From: Lepidodermella squamata | Taxonomy: Eukaryota > Animalia > Gastrotricha | Direction: 5' to 3' | Assembly: GCA_047495785.1 (NCBI GenBank) | Contig: JBLDXI010000009.1 | Location: forward strand, 5,208,001-5,272,000 | Length of the DNA stretch: 64,000 nucleotides | In this document: positions 32,801-46,900 of the stretch, in pieces | How the letters are laid out: each line of letters begins with the position of its first letter | Numbering within the stretch: the first letter of the stretch is position 1 | The notes under the pieces: model-generated | Databases searched by the model: none | Told to the model about the DNA's origin: nothing | The model's input: the letters and a program-made list of their open reading frames with translations, nothing else | Made by a program: the position numbers and the translations under genes

Positions 32801-35800
32801 ACGGACTGTGGTCGCAAAACAATAACAGTGGTTATAATAGCGTCTTTCACTGCGGTGGTCATTTCGCAGGGCAAATATTTGCGTTTCTCAAAGGCATTTT
32901 TCTACACAGTTGGTACATAAATAAATACGCGAGTCGAGTGCGTGATCAGATTAAATATTTGCGGTATTACGCCTAGGTGAGTGCCAACAGCGAAAATGTG
33001 TCGACTTGAGAATTTTAACCTAGATAAATTTCAACTGGTAAGGCGGTCAATTTCGAGCTTAAAATACTCGAATGACTGACTTCAGAAAATGTTAACTATC
33101 TCCAGAAAGCTAAATAAGACTTTCATGGGCAAAGTAATTCTAGAGAACGTAACATTGGAATTATAGAATTTCTAGAGTTATTTTACACATTTTACAGCAG
33201 ATTAAATCAGTTCACAGCTTTCAAGTAAAAATACAAAATGATAGGACTTTTCGGTACTAATAGGCAAGATTATCAGTTATTTCAGGCCGCTGTAATGTCT
33301 CGGAAATTTCAGTGCGAATATCTCAGAATATCTTTAAAAGCAATCAATAAATGGCGACAAAATAAATCTGGATTTTGATAGCAAAATGAGTGCAGATCTT
33401 AAAAAATTCCATTTTAGCAAAGAGAAAATCTCCTGAAAGATAGCTGCTGAATGTAAATGTAGCCGGAATTCTTCGTTTTTATGCGAAAAAATGAGTCAAT
33501 TCACACCAGGGTGACACAAATTCCAAACACCCATTTGCAAAATTTATTGTTAGCGGAAAATCAGATATTTTCCTAATTTTGTTCCCAAAAAAAAATTATT
33601 TAGGATAAAACTCACTTTGATAGGCAAAGCTCGATCTTTCCACAAAATTCTCATAATTATTTGTGCGCTTAAATTTCAAAGATTTATACCGAGTATCATC
33701 CTCTTTTCATTCGTTTTATGTGGTGAAAAAAATAACCACGAAAGAATTTGTGCCATTGACCCGTCAAATGCCGATCGCACTTAGTCACCGCCATCCGCCG
33801 GTAAATAAACAATATTTTTGCGGATTATTAAAAATATCAATAAAAATTTGGCACCCAGCTAATAAAATACGCATACGAAAGGAATTTATCGATCAGAAAC
33901 TGGCGTGATTCATAATTTTATGAATAACAGTGCGAGGTGACCTGGAAATGCGGCGACGTAAATAATTATTATACCTTAAGCCGGAAAACGTGGCGGTCTT
34001 CCTCGTCGTCGTCGGCGCCGTCGCGAAACCACTCAGGCACGTGGATGCGCTCCAGTGACTTGTCCACCCGGACGTCGTGCTGCGACCTCGGTTTGCCGAG
34101 GCCGCGCGGCGACTCTTCGAAGTGGCCCGTCGACTTGGACTTGTCTCGGTCCATCGGCTCGCCGGGCGACATCAACGCGCCGACTTGCGTTGGCGATTCG
34201 ATATTCGCGCGTTTCCGCGGCGAGTCTTGCAAATCGCCGACGGATTTAGCCGATCGAACAGGGACAGGCTCGATTCGCGGCACGACGGCCACTTCGCCTG
34301 AGTCTATGTCCGTCTCGAGGAAAACGCCGCTCGTATGAGTCGCCAGGGCTAAAAACATGATGATGGAGTGTTAGATAACAATTCGTCAGATGAATAAGGT
34401 GTTTTTTATACATAGAGATTAACCCGACATTGAAAATGAGTATATTACACGTTATATAACGTGTTGCGGTCGTTAGCTGAGATTTCGACCTGCCGACGTG
34501 CCTTGAATGTATTTATTCCTTATTTTATACGCTAATTACTCCGCATGAAAAAGTAAGGATACATTAGATCCAAATCAGAGGAAAAACTCTCTTTTCTCAA
34601 GATTAACACTAACCGCAATCAATTTATGCGTAAACGATGGTAAAATTGGGTCACGTACATAATTCAATTTACGCAAGAAAATTCATTCCTACATTTCAAC
34701 GTCACAAAGACGAAAAAAGTTTTTTCGAACCATAAGCGAGAAAACGTTGAGAGCCGTTCTTCGAAGCTAGTGTAACCCGCTACTCAATTTGTGAGAATTT
34801 TCGATTTCTAAATAATGTTAATCAAATGAAAATATCTTGAATCAGAATGATTCATGCCCGAATTCTCGAACGATTTACTTAAAAACGTCTTTCCGAACAC
34901 TATTGATCCTAATATCTTCAAAGTAATAGTGAACGACCTAGGCTATGCTTTTTACAAGTCTGGCTGGCCGAAAATTCTTCAAAAATAAAAAAAACTCATA
35001 ACTTGTTGAGGACCGGAAACAAAATGAATATTAAACAAATCCCCCGGAAAAACGGCCTGTTCTTCATTGCAGAGATCATTAAGACAGAGCATGAAAATTC
35101 CGCGAATAATTCCATTTGAGAACATCCAAGTAGATCTCGAATAATTGTTTCAGCCAAGTTTAAATCACAATTATATCAATTTTCGTAAAATCAGGTTGAA
35201 AATTGTCAGGAAATAACTTTTTGAAAAGGATCATATAGAATTTAGGCGACTTCATGATTAATTTAATGAATTTCCCAGCAAAAATTCTTCTGAACTAGGG
35301 CGAACCTTGGATAAAGTGTGAAATAACAACTTCTGTCGAACCTCTGAAATCTATTGTAAGAAGGCGGTAGAAATAACGGCTATTCTTATGGCATTAGCAA
35401 AAAAATCGAGTTTTCTCACCTTGCTGTTCGGCAGCTCTTTCCCGCTGTTTCGCGGCGTCGATGCGACGCTTCGAGGGCGCAGCGTGTCGCCTCGCTATCG
35501 CCTCGCCCTCGTCGTCGTCAATGTCTTCGAAGTCGTCGCTTTCGAGGCGCCGCAGATGCGCCGGTTGGAAATGCGACTGTTGCGGGTGCTGCGGCTGCGG
35601 TTGGTACAAGTGGTGGTGGTGTTGGTGTTGGTGGGGATGGTGATGAGCCTGGCTGCTCCGCGGCCGGCCGCTGTCATCGTCCTCCGACTGGTCCGAGTCG
35701 ACGGCGAACGACTCGAAGTTCGAGTGCCGTTTGTGAGAGATCGACAAGGCGAGTAAGCCCTGAGGCGCCGGATCAGGCTGACCGGCCTAAAAATAACAAC

Positions 35801-36443
35801 AAATGTTGAACACTTAACGAAAAAAGATAAACTAAAAGTAACATCAACAGTCGAAAAATTGAAAGCCGGTGAATTTAAAGGAAAAATAAACAAAATTATG
35901 TTGAAATTTTGCTGAAAAACTGAAATCTCAGAAATCTGCAAGCAAAATCTCGGTTAGGGGTTAAGAACGTTAAATATTCCGTATCTACTTCAACAAATAA
36001 TGAAGTTGAACAATCCTAAAAACAGGCTTTTGGCTCAAATCCATTTTTCCACGGAATTTATTCAAATTTACAAAAAAAATGAAATTTATTTGGAAAAAAA
36101 TGCTCACAGTCTTGGAACAATTCAAAGCTGAAACAGACAACTGGCTAGTAAAAAAAAAACAAAAAAAATCGGCAATAGATTCGACAATATTTTTGAAAAT
36201 ATTTGCAATTTGAATACCAGAAACCGGCTGTGAACTTAAATTACGAGAAAATTCTCAAATTTACTGAGATTTTTAGCGCGCTTTGAAATTCTTTCATAAA
36301 TTCGTTAATGGAACTGTGAATAAATTTGAATTCGGCTTTCAAATGATAATTTCTATGGTACGTAAAAACCGGTATCAATTGTCGGTAAAACGAACCTGAA
36401 AGTGGCCGAAACGCGACAATCGGTGCGGGTCGGTCGTGCTCAT
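26825..36443 (-). CDS. AJM1: Apical junction component 1 homolog (AJM-1 family), multi-exon
   Basis: Exon 28936-28373 has a MYND-like finger (CARAGC..CSSCQAAFCSRNC) and SQFARMSYLCHGRGYV. Last exon 27409-26825 has RELTFQNMTAHLKKRGVDL..YTRLTAYV..FPPT, as in the AJM1/C9orf172 C-terminus. Upstream low-complexity exons: 36443-36396, ~35786-35420, ~34348-33975, ~32862-30900, 30690-29795. Confidence 0.85.
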
Positions 36444-39400
36444 CCGTGGCAGTAGTGGCGAGACAAGAAAAACAGGAGGCGGTCGGTTGTTGTCAGATTA
36501 AAACCAACAACACGCCAGTTCGTCTTGTAGTGGTACAATAATAATAACTAAAATTAAACACGTAAAAACCTATGCGATGAAGACGTCGACGATGTATTAG
36601 TCTGATAGGTCAGTCAGCAGTCAGTCATTAGCCGGTCGGCACGCAGCACGCTAGGTGACTGCACGAAATAAGCAAGATGGATGGATGAGTCACCACGTGT
36701 CTGTATGTATATGAGCACCTTTTCTACACTCATCACTGGTTGTGTGTATGTGTGTGTGTTATAAGAACAAGAAGCAGGACAAGTAGTCAGCAGCAGCAGC
36801 AGAGGCAGCAGTATAACGACGTGCTGCACTGCGATATATCAACAACAACAACAGCAGCAGCAGCAGCGACAACAATAATGCTGGCTTTGCGAGTGCACAC
36901 ACACAAATGCCGCCGCCGTTCGCAAGAATGAGAAAGCGAACGACGCACGCCAAGCGAACACTAGAAACGAACGCCCCATTTCGCCGTGTGCTACTTACTT
37001 ATATAATAATAACCTAAATATATATCTACCTGTCGAGTGTAAAGGGCTGGCAAGCAATCGCCGCGTCACGTGCGCCCAATCGCCGGTCAAAAACAAAACC
37101 TCAATAATGTGTATAATATAACGTGTACACAAAAGCGTTGCAAAAACAGCAGCTTTTTATTGATAGCATCTCAACTGCAATAAAATCGCGCAAAACCGCG
37201 GACCGCACATTGCAAAAGCGCGCGCTAATTACAAGTAATAAAAACGTGACCCACGCAATTTGCGTTTTTCTGACCAGCAAATTTGCAAATATGACCTAGA
37301 TTGGAATTATAGAAAAATCGCACTGAGAGATAACGTAATCAAAGGAACTTGTGAGAAAACATGTTGCGGTTTTCATTTGCGCCACAGGCAAGCTAGTTCA
37401 TCTGTGATGTTTTTTTGAAAACAAACAACGGAAAAACTAAGGCTCATACTTGGTTGCTGCGCGGTTTTAATCTAAATAAACGAGTTGATAAGGCATAAAA
37501 ATGGTATGAAAAAACCGCATTTAATTAACCTCAGCAAATAAATTTCACAAAATTAAGGAAACGCACGAGATATGAACTGTGCAAATGTCGATTTTTTCCT
37601 GGAAACGATTAATAATTAACGAGCCAGTGTTTTTTCAGCGCTATGTCTACCTGAGATTTTCCTGCATGGAATCAATTCGATAAAAGATGAGAATTTTGAT
37701 GGAAAAATCAATGCGCGATCAAATAAAATATGCCCCATAGGAAAATCGAATAATAAGACAAATATTAGATACACAGGTGCAATAAGGCTGATCACGGCGG
37801 CGATCGGTAAACAAATAATAAACAAACACCTGTGGTTTTTTTCTACCCGCGAGTTGTTGCCCTACTTGTAAAAACAAGCTGCGTCGCCCCGCGAGTGCGC
37901 GCGATCTAATCAAAATAAACAATAAAATTCTACAACCGCGATTGAAAATCTGCCAGAGGAATAGCCGAAAAAAAATAATTTTTTACCAATTAAAACTGAA
38001 TGAAAAGCAGGAAATCGCACCTATAGTCTCTTGTTTTTTCTTATGCAAAAACCGCGCGAAAACATGGGGGACCTTTGTTTGCGAGTTATAGACGGCTGTA
38101 ATACAAATAAATAAGCGCTGAGATATCATAATCATCATCATCAGAATAATGTTAATGATGATGCGTCGCGGCTCTATAAAACGCGCTGTGATGATAATAA
38201 TAATTGTATTACAATAATGCGCTAGATATTTGACGCATGGCCGCGCGCGATCAACGCCGCTGTTTTGTTGCCGCCCGCCACCCAACAAACTGACCAGTTC
38301 TAACAGCGCAAACAAACACTCGCTTGTGTCTCTCGCTGAGATGAATCTATGAATGAATCACGGCCTAGCTATTTAAATAGGCACGCAAAGACGCGGGGTT
38401 ACTGGCGCAGGCTGAAATGCTGCGAAAACGAACTTCCGCATGAAAAACGAACGTTTGAAAACAGCAACTAATAAAGACGCGCAAAAACCGCGGACCGCAT
38501 TCTCAAAAACGCCGCCTCAATTTGCTATCAATAAAAAAGTGGGCCAGACTAATAAAGCTCTCGTTACGATTTCTAATGCGTAAATCCGCGGACCTCGCTT
38601 ATCAAAACGTTAATGACCATCAATAAAAAGCTGACCCAGATAGAGTTTTCCCCTTTTTTAGCCACGGGTAAACACTAACAACCGCAAACAACGCGTTGTT
38701 TCTCAGCTCGAATGAATCACGAGAAGCGTTTCTTTTCGCAATGTGGCCGATTGAGGGGCGCCTTCCGCGCGCTGACATTGGCGCCGCCGCCACTTGGTCA
38801 CACAACTGGCGAAAAGTATAAGCGTATAACTCATTCATTAAAGGCCGGCATCGCATGGCGGCCCCGCGAGACCCGCCTTTCAGTAACAAAAACGCAAATT
38901 CGCAATTGTCTGGAAAAAAATAATAAAGACGCTGGCTTTTTCAATAAGGTAAAATTCAGCTGTATCGATTTCACTTCCGCGAGCGGCGGCGTTGTTGCTT
39001 TGTTTTTATTTACGCGAGGGATGAATGAATCAATCCAGCGTACAAATAAAACTCAAAGTTGTTGACGCGATTTTTATAACTGCTGCCACGAGTAAATATA
39101 AGGCATTTTATTCAGCGCAATTATTGTCATTGGAAACAAAATAATAGTAGGCGGGGAGAAGTGATGAGCCTTAAAATAGCGTCATGAGTGGTGCTTTTTC
39201 AGGATTTTCTTCAAGTAGCCGGCAAGTGCAGTGCCCCTAGCGCCGAGATTTACGCGATCTGCGTGCATGGCGGATTTTTCAGATCTTACCGAGTGGTTCA
39301 GACGGGAAAACAATTCAATTGGTGAATGAATGGCTTTGTCAAAAAAACGGGAATTTGGGGTTATTTTTCCAGCTAAGAAATACAAGAAATTTTCAAGAAA

Positions 39401-42188
39401 AATAATCTGAATGGCATCTGTCAAAATGAGTTGCTCAAATTAGTCGGAATAGCAATTTACGGACGATTAACAAGTATTTAGTGCTAACATTCAGGACGTG
39501 ACGGTATGAAAAAAATTCGCTATGTAAGTTCATTACAATTTACATGAAAAAAACTTGGTACACTCGCCACTATGTAAATCAATGCATTTTTTATAAATTA
39601 AAATCGTTTAGTACAACGGCTTCATTTAAATACTAAAAAATCGATTGCTTGAGGAACTTGAATAAATTCAGGGGAAAATCAAGAAAAATAACCGTCTCGA
39701 ATATTTCGGCTAGAAATGCGAATCGATTGGCGTTGTTTTCGCGACGGGTCATCGCATCTCACTTGTGACGATGAATAAATGAAGGCGATTTAGTGTGGTG
39801 GATGGACAGTGTAATTCCGCGCCGCACCGAGCGCGTAATTACCCGGTTGCTCATAAATTTTTCATTTAGTAAATATACCGAAAAACAGTAGTAGTAGTAG
39901 TAGCTCGTAAGTAAGGCGCGGCGCTTTGATTGCCAGCCTATGCCTACCTACCTACTCATCACACCTAGAGTGCATCATCTACCAAGCACCTGCTGTCCAT
40001 AAAAATGCGAATTTTTATCTGTATTCTAAAGCGGGTTGTTGGTCATAAAACCGGGCAAAGATGCACCCCCAGACAACTATAAAAACCACAGCTGTTGCAT
40101 GCAAATTTTCACGAGCCATTTAACAGCAGAAAATGACTGCTGAGCCTAGATGAAATGTGTAGCCAAAGGTTCTTGTGACAAACCGAATTATCAACAGCGA
40201 GATAAGCCGCCCCGTCACATACTTGAGAGATTAGTAATACGTAACCGCCTTATCCGATCGCACTAGTGGACCGTGTGCCAAATAATAGTAATAATTATGC
40301 GGTGGTCCTTAGTTCGATTCGCTCGAATGCGTGCATGAATCTCGCCTCTCACAGGCGTTAATAAAAAGAAACTTGACTGGGAAGAAATCGCAGATGTAGA
40401 GAGAAAAAACAAGGAAACTAGAAAACGGCGTAAGTAAATATTGCGCTCAAATATCAGCCTAGTATGGCTATATCGTAACAGTACATGCCTAAAAGCTCAG
40501 AATATGGGCGTGTTTACACATCTTCTCATTCACCTGAATATTGACGGCATCGTTGATGATACTCCACGCATGTGCGTTTGTAACGACAATGAGTGGCTAA
40601 TAACGACGTCATGATGACAAGAAGCTAGTCTTTCCGAAGACATTCTATGTAAGAATAGCAACTGCTAAAACGGTACGGCATTTGAAATGTGCAATTATAG
40701 CTGGATCTCAAGGCATCGTCAAGTAGTAGCCATCATACCATGGATACCAGAAATCTTGCACTGAACTGTGAACATACTTCCATCAGACGATGCGTAAATC
40801 AGGATATATCGCCATTAACACCATCTCAAAGGCCTCAGCGCAAAATCAACCACTCGGTAGGTAAAAAATGAAAGCAGAAAAGGGCAGTAAATAAATTTTG
40901 AGAACACAGAACAACAAAATCTCAGCAAAAAGGTTGATTATATCTGGCTTTATGTTGCGCAAAAAGGATTCCCTGAGACAAACGTCCCAAGTGCAGCAGA
41001 TTTGTTTGAAATTAAGACGGAAACCCATGTTCGGTCCAAGACAATCTACAAACATCGAGAACTTGCAGCAACATGAACAATCAAAGTGGAATTCAGTACT
41101 GCTAAATGATAAAAGAATTATATATAAGAGTGATCTTCAATTATAGGAAAATCACAGAATACAAATCAAAGATTTATTCACAATAAGGTCATTGAGAGAA
41201 GAGCCTTTATAGTATGAGCTTACAGCTTATTGACGCTTGACAGCAGCTGACTAGCGCAGACTAAAAATAGGCTGATTGTTTGCTGCAAATAAGTTAATAA
41301 GCTGATCTTAATATTGCAACAATAAGACCAGACATAAGTGATCAATTGCGCACCAGTCAACCTCAAAAATGCTTGTAATGACTGATAAAACAAGATGCGC
41401 CAGGCAATTTAAGCTAAGTGAGATAAGTTATGCACAAGTGCGATGGCCAAATACCTACTAGAACTTACGAGGCAACATGCATGACCACAGGATGGCGTTG
41501 GAACAAGCCGTAACCGCTACCGCAATCGATCGGATTGAGATCGATCGGACCGCCACAAAACTCGATCGATTCGATCGGAACCTGGCCAACTTTTTTGTTT
41601 TTCGCGCGCAACTCGTTAGTTTTAATTTCTAATTTTCTACTTATCAATTTGAGTCTGCAGCAAAACCAATAAAATAAATGCAAATTTTGTAAAATAAATT
41701 TTGAGAAGGACACTATGACGCGGTAAATCGCGTATTTTGTAGTATTTTGTCAGAAAAAAGCGGCCGCGAGAGTGACGCGCTTGATGTAGCGCGGCGGCAC
41801 ACGTTGTTTTTCTTTCACCCTGCTCTTCTCTACGTCATCATCTACTGTGGGTACTGCCGGTATGCGCTTGCCAAAGATACCGGCGTCTTTACCAAGCAAA
41901 AAGCATGTGGTCGGGTGCTTTTTGCCCTGCGTGATGCTTCCTGTTACCCACCAAAGCGAGAGTAGGAACATGGCAACTGTTTTTTTACCTGTAGCTACCG
42001 TTCTTCGTTTTTATTCCAGTTTCTTTTTCCTAATTTACCCCTTTACGCAAATAAGTGAACGATTTCTCTGAAACTTATATCTCTGCGCTGAACTCAATGT
42101 TCTACAATGTCCAACCTTAACGCGAATTTACAATTGTCCATTCTTGAATATTTTCATTTTATTCTAGACATTGTTAAGGCAGAATTAA

Positions 42189-43103
42189 ATGGATAGTGGA
42201 TACGGATATCCCCCTGCAAGCAGCAGAGGAGGCAACAGCTCTCAACCTCAGTGGCTTGAAAAGCTCGAGGATTTGGCTGATCAATTTTTGCGCAAATCTA
42301 AACGATTCTTACCATTTGTTGCGCGTCTGTGCTTCGTCCTGACTTACTTGGAAGATTCTACCCGCATGTGGATGCAATGGAACGACCAAGCCAACTACAT
42401 GGCTAACCAGTTGCGTGTCTCGCGTTGGTTCGCCGTCTTGTTAGTTGCTTACAACATGCTCGGACAGCTCGGAGCTAGTTGTTTAATTCTCTCTCGCAAA
42501 TTCACCGCAGCTGCTTGCGGTGTTCTGGTTACTGTGATTTTTGCTCAAACCATCGAGTATCAAGTGAGTATTTGAATTATGTTGCGACTAATTTTTCTAT
42601 TTACTGTTGATTATTCTTAGGTTTATGGAGATTTGCATTTCTTGAGCCGTAATTTCGCCTTGCTAGGTGGATTGGTCTTATTGCTTGTTGAGTCTTGGCC
42701 TCAAGCCCACGTTACCGCCGCCTCCCTACCGTCAGTCGGCGATGATAAGCCGAAAAATTTGCTTCAACTCGTCGGACGCATCTTGGTTGTGTTCATGTTT
42801 TTAACCCTGGTCCGCTTTGAATTCACCTTTGTTCAACTGGTTTACAACATCCTCGGCATTCCGCTAGTCATCCTTGTTGCCCTGGGCTACAAGACCAAGG
42901 TGGCAGCTCTTGTTTTGGTCTTTATCTGTGTTGTGATCAACTTCATTTACAACGCCTTCTGGTTTGTGCCGACGTCCCAGCCGCTGCATGACTACCTTAA
43001 GTACGACTTCTTCCAGCTGTGTTCCATCATCGGGTCGCTTCTGTTCATCGTCGCATTGGGCGCTGGTGGTGTTTCGCTCGACGATTCGAAGAAACGCTGG
43101 TAG
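42189..43103 (+). CDS. SURF4: Surfeit locus protein 4 (Erv29-type ER cargo receptor); exons 42189-42563 and 42621-43103
   Basis: LEDLADQFLRKSKRFLPFVARLC..EDSTRMWMQW, RNFALLGGL, LKYDFFQ, C-terminal di-lysine GGVSLDDSKKRW; in-phase 57-nt intron. Confidence 0.95.
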
Positions 43104-43908
43104 AAGAACGTCGAAACTAAGTTAACCTACCTTGAATTGATTTGTTGATTGTGAACTTATTGGAGTCTTCTTTATCGGCAAAGCTGCTCATTGTCTGATT
43201 ATCGGTATATGAAAATAGTAGAGCCAAAAATATGTTATTATCTGGGAAAAAGTGCGTAACGATTTAACTGAGGTGTTGTGATCGGAACCGGATGATGATG
43301 AAAATTATTCCAAGACGACCATTATTTCTTCTTATTCTTCTCTGTGTCTCATTACGACCAAGTTAACCTTCGTATTAATCGGAAAATGCAGATGATCCTT
43401 TAGTTTTGATATGCGTCACACTTCGTCTATAATAAATTAACCCCGTTTTTTTGTTCCATGAAAGATCTTGATCTAATTTAACCGGCACTCTCTACCCTTG
43501 GTTACATGGCGTATTTATATCGATGTAGCTTGCCTAGATGATATACTATTATAAACGTGCTTCCTGTGTCGCGCGTGTCCCGAAGGACGCGCTGTGTGAA
43601 GAAAGAAAACGGAAAATCTACTACTGTAATGTGGTGTTTGTCTTTGTAAAAATAAAGTTGGAGCTATAACGTGCGGTCGAGTTTCGAGGTGGCAAGCAGC
43701 GGGTTGAGTGCTTTTGACACATTGCTCATGGTTTTATTGCGTGCTGCCGACGCCTGCGCCTTTTTGCGTGAGCCGCAAGTGCCGCGTTTGCTGATGACAA
43801 GCGCGATGTGAGAATCGCGGCTGAGTTTCTTGAAAACTATCATCAAATAGTTCCCGATTTCCGATTCGAAATTCTTATACTAGCTTTCAGGCAATCTCAG
43901 GCACAAAA

Positions 43909-46900
43909 ATGGCGAATCGAATGCAGAAGCGCGAATCTTTGGGAGAGCCGAAAATGATGCAGATATTAATGCAGTGAGTTTACCATATCGCCATGTTATC
44001 GTTTATTTTTTCATCCCTGTTGCTATCCTTCGCCGATGACTTACATTTAAAGGTTTTCAGTCATTGAATCATTGTGAAAGAGTCACTTTGGGAAATATCT
44101 TTGGAAGAAATCATCGGAAAATTGTCGACATGGCATAGTCAGAAGGTTCCTAGGCATGGACCAACACCATGGTGTGAATTGTCGATGGTAGCCAGGTTAT
44201 TGAGCGTTATGGTTTACCGTCGACTTGAGATGTAGCCGTGTGTCGCCGCATTTAGGAATTTAGGTGTGAAGTTACCTCATTTGGTGGAAAAATGTATTTG
44301 GTTGGAACTTTTGACGGAGCTGTTGATTTTTCACTTGGCTGAGGATATGCTGCATGCATTCATATAGCAATCGATATTAACACCTATGAATTTGTTGAAG
44401 ACTAATTGTAGGTGACACCACTTCGAGACAGTGATTAGGTAATGATCCTCGCTAATTACATTGTTTAATTAACGCTAATTAGTTGCCAAAACATGCTCTG
44501 TGGTACAAGTTTAAAGCGTTCTCCTAAATTTTGACAATTCTAAACATATTTAGTGAATCAGCCATTAGAAGCTAGCGCTAAGGTTTCCCTAGGGTTAGGG
44601 TTAGGGTGGGGGTCCTAAAGGCCGATCGGATACCCACAAGAGATGATCGCACATCACCAGCTGCTGTTATAAGTTTGCCACGGACAAAGCAACATTTTCA
44701 ATAGGCCCTGTGCATCCTCGATTTCAGACCTTGACTGCTGTCTCATCATCCATCACATCGCGCTGATTGATATCAACCATTCTTCTTTCTTCTAACTCAT
44801 GCAATCAATTTAGGTAGATATATGTGGAATGTGGACTCACTGTAACGCTGTAGATTATTCTAAATCCAACAATCGTAACGCAATTCAAGTGACCTCATTT
44901 TTGTTCCTTCATTAACAGGACTTAGATTCCCATCCGACCGCATCCTTTATTTTCTCCGCTGTCTAATACCCTGAAATGTGTGGGCGAACGTCACAGATAA
45001 AAGTATTGACCTTGTTATTTGCAAGCTACTATTTTAGGGAAGATTGCATTAAGTTTCACTGCGAATCTTTAGTAAAGAAGCCGTATTTAGTAAGCTTTAA
45101 TTGAGAAGTATTTAGGCGACATCGCTATTCGTCCTTGATAGCTGTCGATATCGATCAAGCGTAAAATAACGATACTTTCGACTCTCGACCTGACCTGCTA
45201 AGCCTCTTTACTTGAGATCAATTTTACGCGAGTCGTTGTAAGGGTTCGCTGGATTGGAAAATGCGCATAACTTCTGTCCTGCAAAATGCAGACAGCCGTT
45301 GCGGTTCTGATTTTTTGACCCGGTGTCCAGCTTTCAGCAACTAGTGAAAAAATTTAGTAAACTTGAAATCTCAAGCCTGATTTCGATGTCAGCACTGTTC
45401 CTGATTCCATCGGCTGTCGGTGATTGGTATGTAAAGCTTTCAAACCTGAACGTTTTTAAATGTGGGCTTCAATCTTATTCTAATTAATGCAGTCTATCGT
45501 CTATTTGCTGCGTGGAAATTCATTCTTCTTAGCATGAGTTTTATTAGTCGGAAATCGGAAACTCTCCTTATTTCCGAATTCATTCAAAAAATGAGTACTG
45601 TTACGAAATTTACGTTGGGAAACTACGGAAGTAGCACCTTCTACGGCTAATTTGTTTACTTGTTTGAATAATTCATTCAGCTGTTTAGGTTTTCCCCTAG
45701 TGAAAAACTTGAATAGTATTCCTTGTGGCTAATTTAATGTGAATAGCCGTCTCGTGTTGTAGTTTATAGAATCTGGCGAATTTTATCGATTCTCGACCCA
45801 TAGCGCTCTTGTTTGACATCATCAAGGGAATTAGAATAGAAAATGTAAGATCTTCGGTACTTACTCATAGATTAAATAGCCTCATAAAAAGCGGGTCCAT
45901 TGTTAAATGAACATCAAAATCCAAATTTTTCTTGGCACGGTTCCATGTACGATGCTAATAAATAGTATGTTCGGTTGGCTGACCCTGAGGTTGCGCCTCT
46001 GATCGATCTTAAAACCTTGGAGGTAAGAACTTTGAAGAGTCCGTTCCGAGTTCATTGCGCTATTATATTCTGGTTCAAAAAAGCGATTTAAAATTCACGT
46101 GACCGGTATTTGAGTGCTATTAGTTTTTATAGCGTTATTAGCCGCGATATAAACATTTCTATTGTCTGCCAACACTTGTGGCGCTATTTCAAATCCTGCG
46201 CTATCGATTCTCGATCCTTCTTCAAGTCAAAAAATCGATTTTCAGTATAATAAGCATTCATGAATGACTTCTAACGCCGCGACGAGGCTTAGTATACAGA
46301 TAGGCGGCAGGCGCGGTGATGAAGCGAGCCGTATTTTGACACATCTCGGCAAATCGCCGGTCGTTAGTTGTCGTATTGCGCTCCCGCGAGAGGCCTACAT
46401 CGCCGCGGCCGAGAGATGACTTTCACTCAATGACTTTTTTCCAACGGAACCGCTCTTGATCGCGCCAGGTACTGCCGATTGCGTAGCGAAGCGTATCAAA
46501 TGAATTAGTAGCGTCTAATTGCGCTCGCGCCGCCTGCAATTCAACACACTGCATTTTTATCTGTCAATCGCGAGAGACAAAAATCGTTTAAATGAAAAGT
46601 GCGTTTTTCTCATGATCTTGCTCGTAGTCATCAATCGATCAAGCAAATCGCGGCAAATTGATTAATATACAGGTTTAAAAATTGTGTTGCAAATAACCGT
46701 TTTTTACTTGTCAACGCTACGGACTAATTGTTTTATTATTTTTTATTTCTGCGGCCATTTCAATTAGTGTGTATGCGCTCGCCATTGATTGCAGCGCTTG
46801 TTATTTGTCTTCGCCGCGTTTTACATTCGTAGATTTGAATCATCTGTAAAATTATGGGAAATATTAGTATGTGATTGCAATTAGTTCCTACTCTCGCGCT

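Noticed and set aside
40450-41150. Coding-like Cys-containing stretch, possibly decayed retroelement env
   Set aside because: Multiple stops and no diagnostic motif; cannot be supported.
44590-44612. CTAGGGTTAGGGTTAGGG as a telomere or chromosome-healing site
   Set aside because: Only 2-3 units; common in interspersed repeats; no other support.
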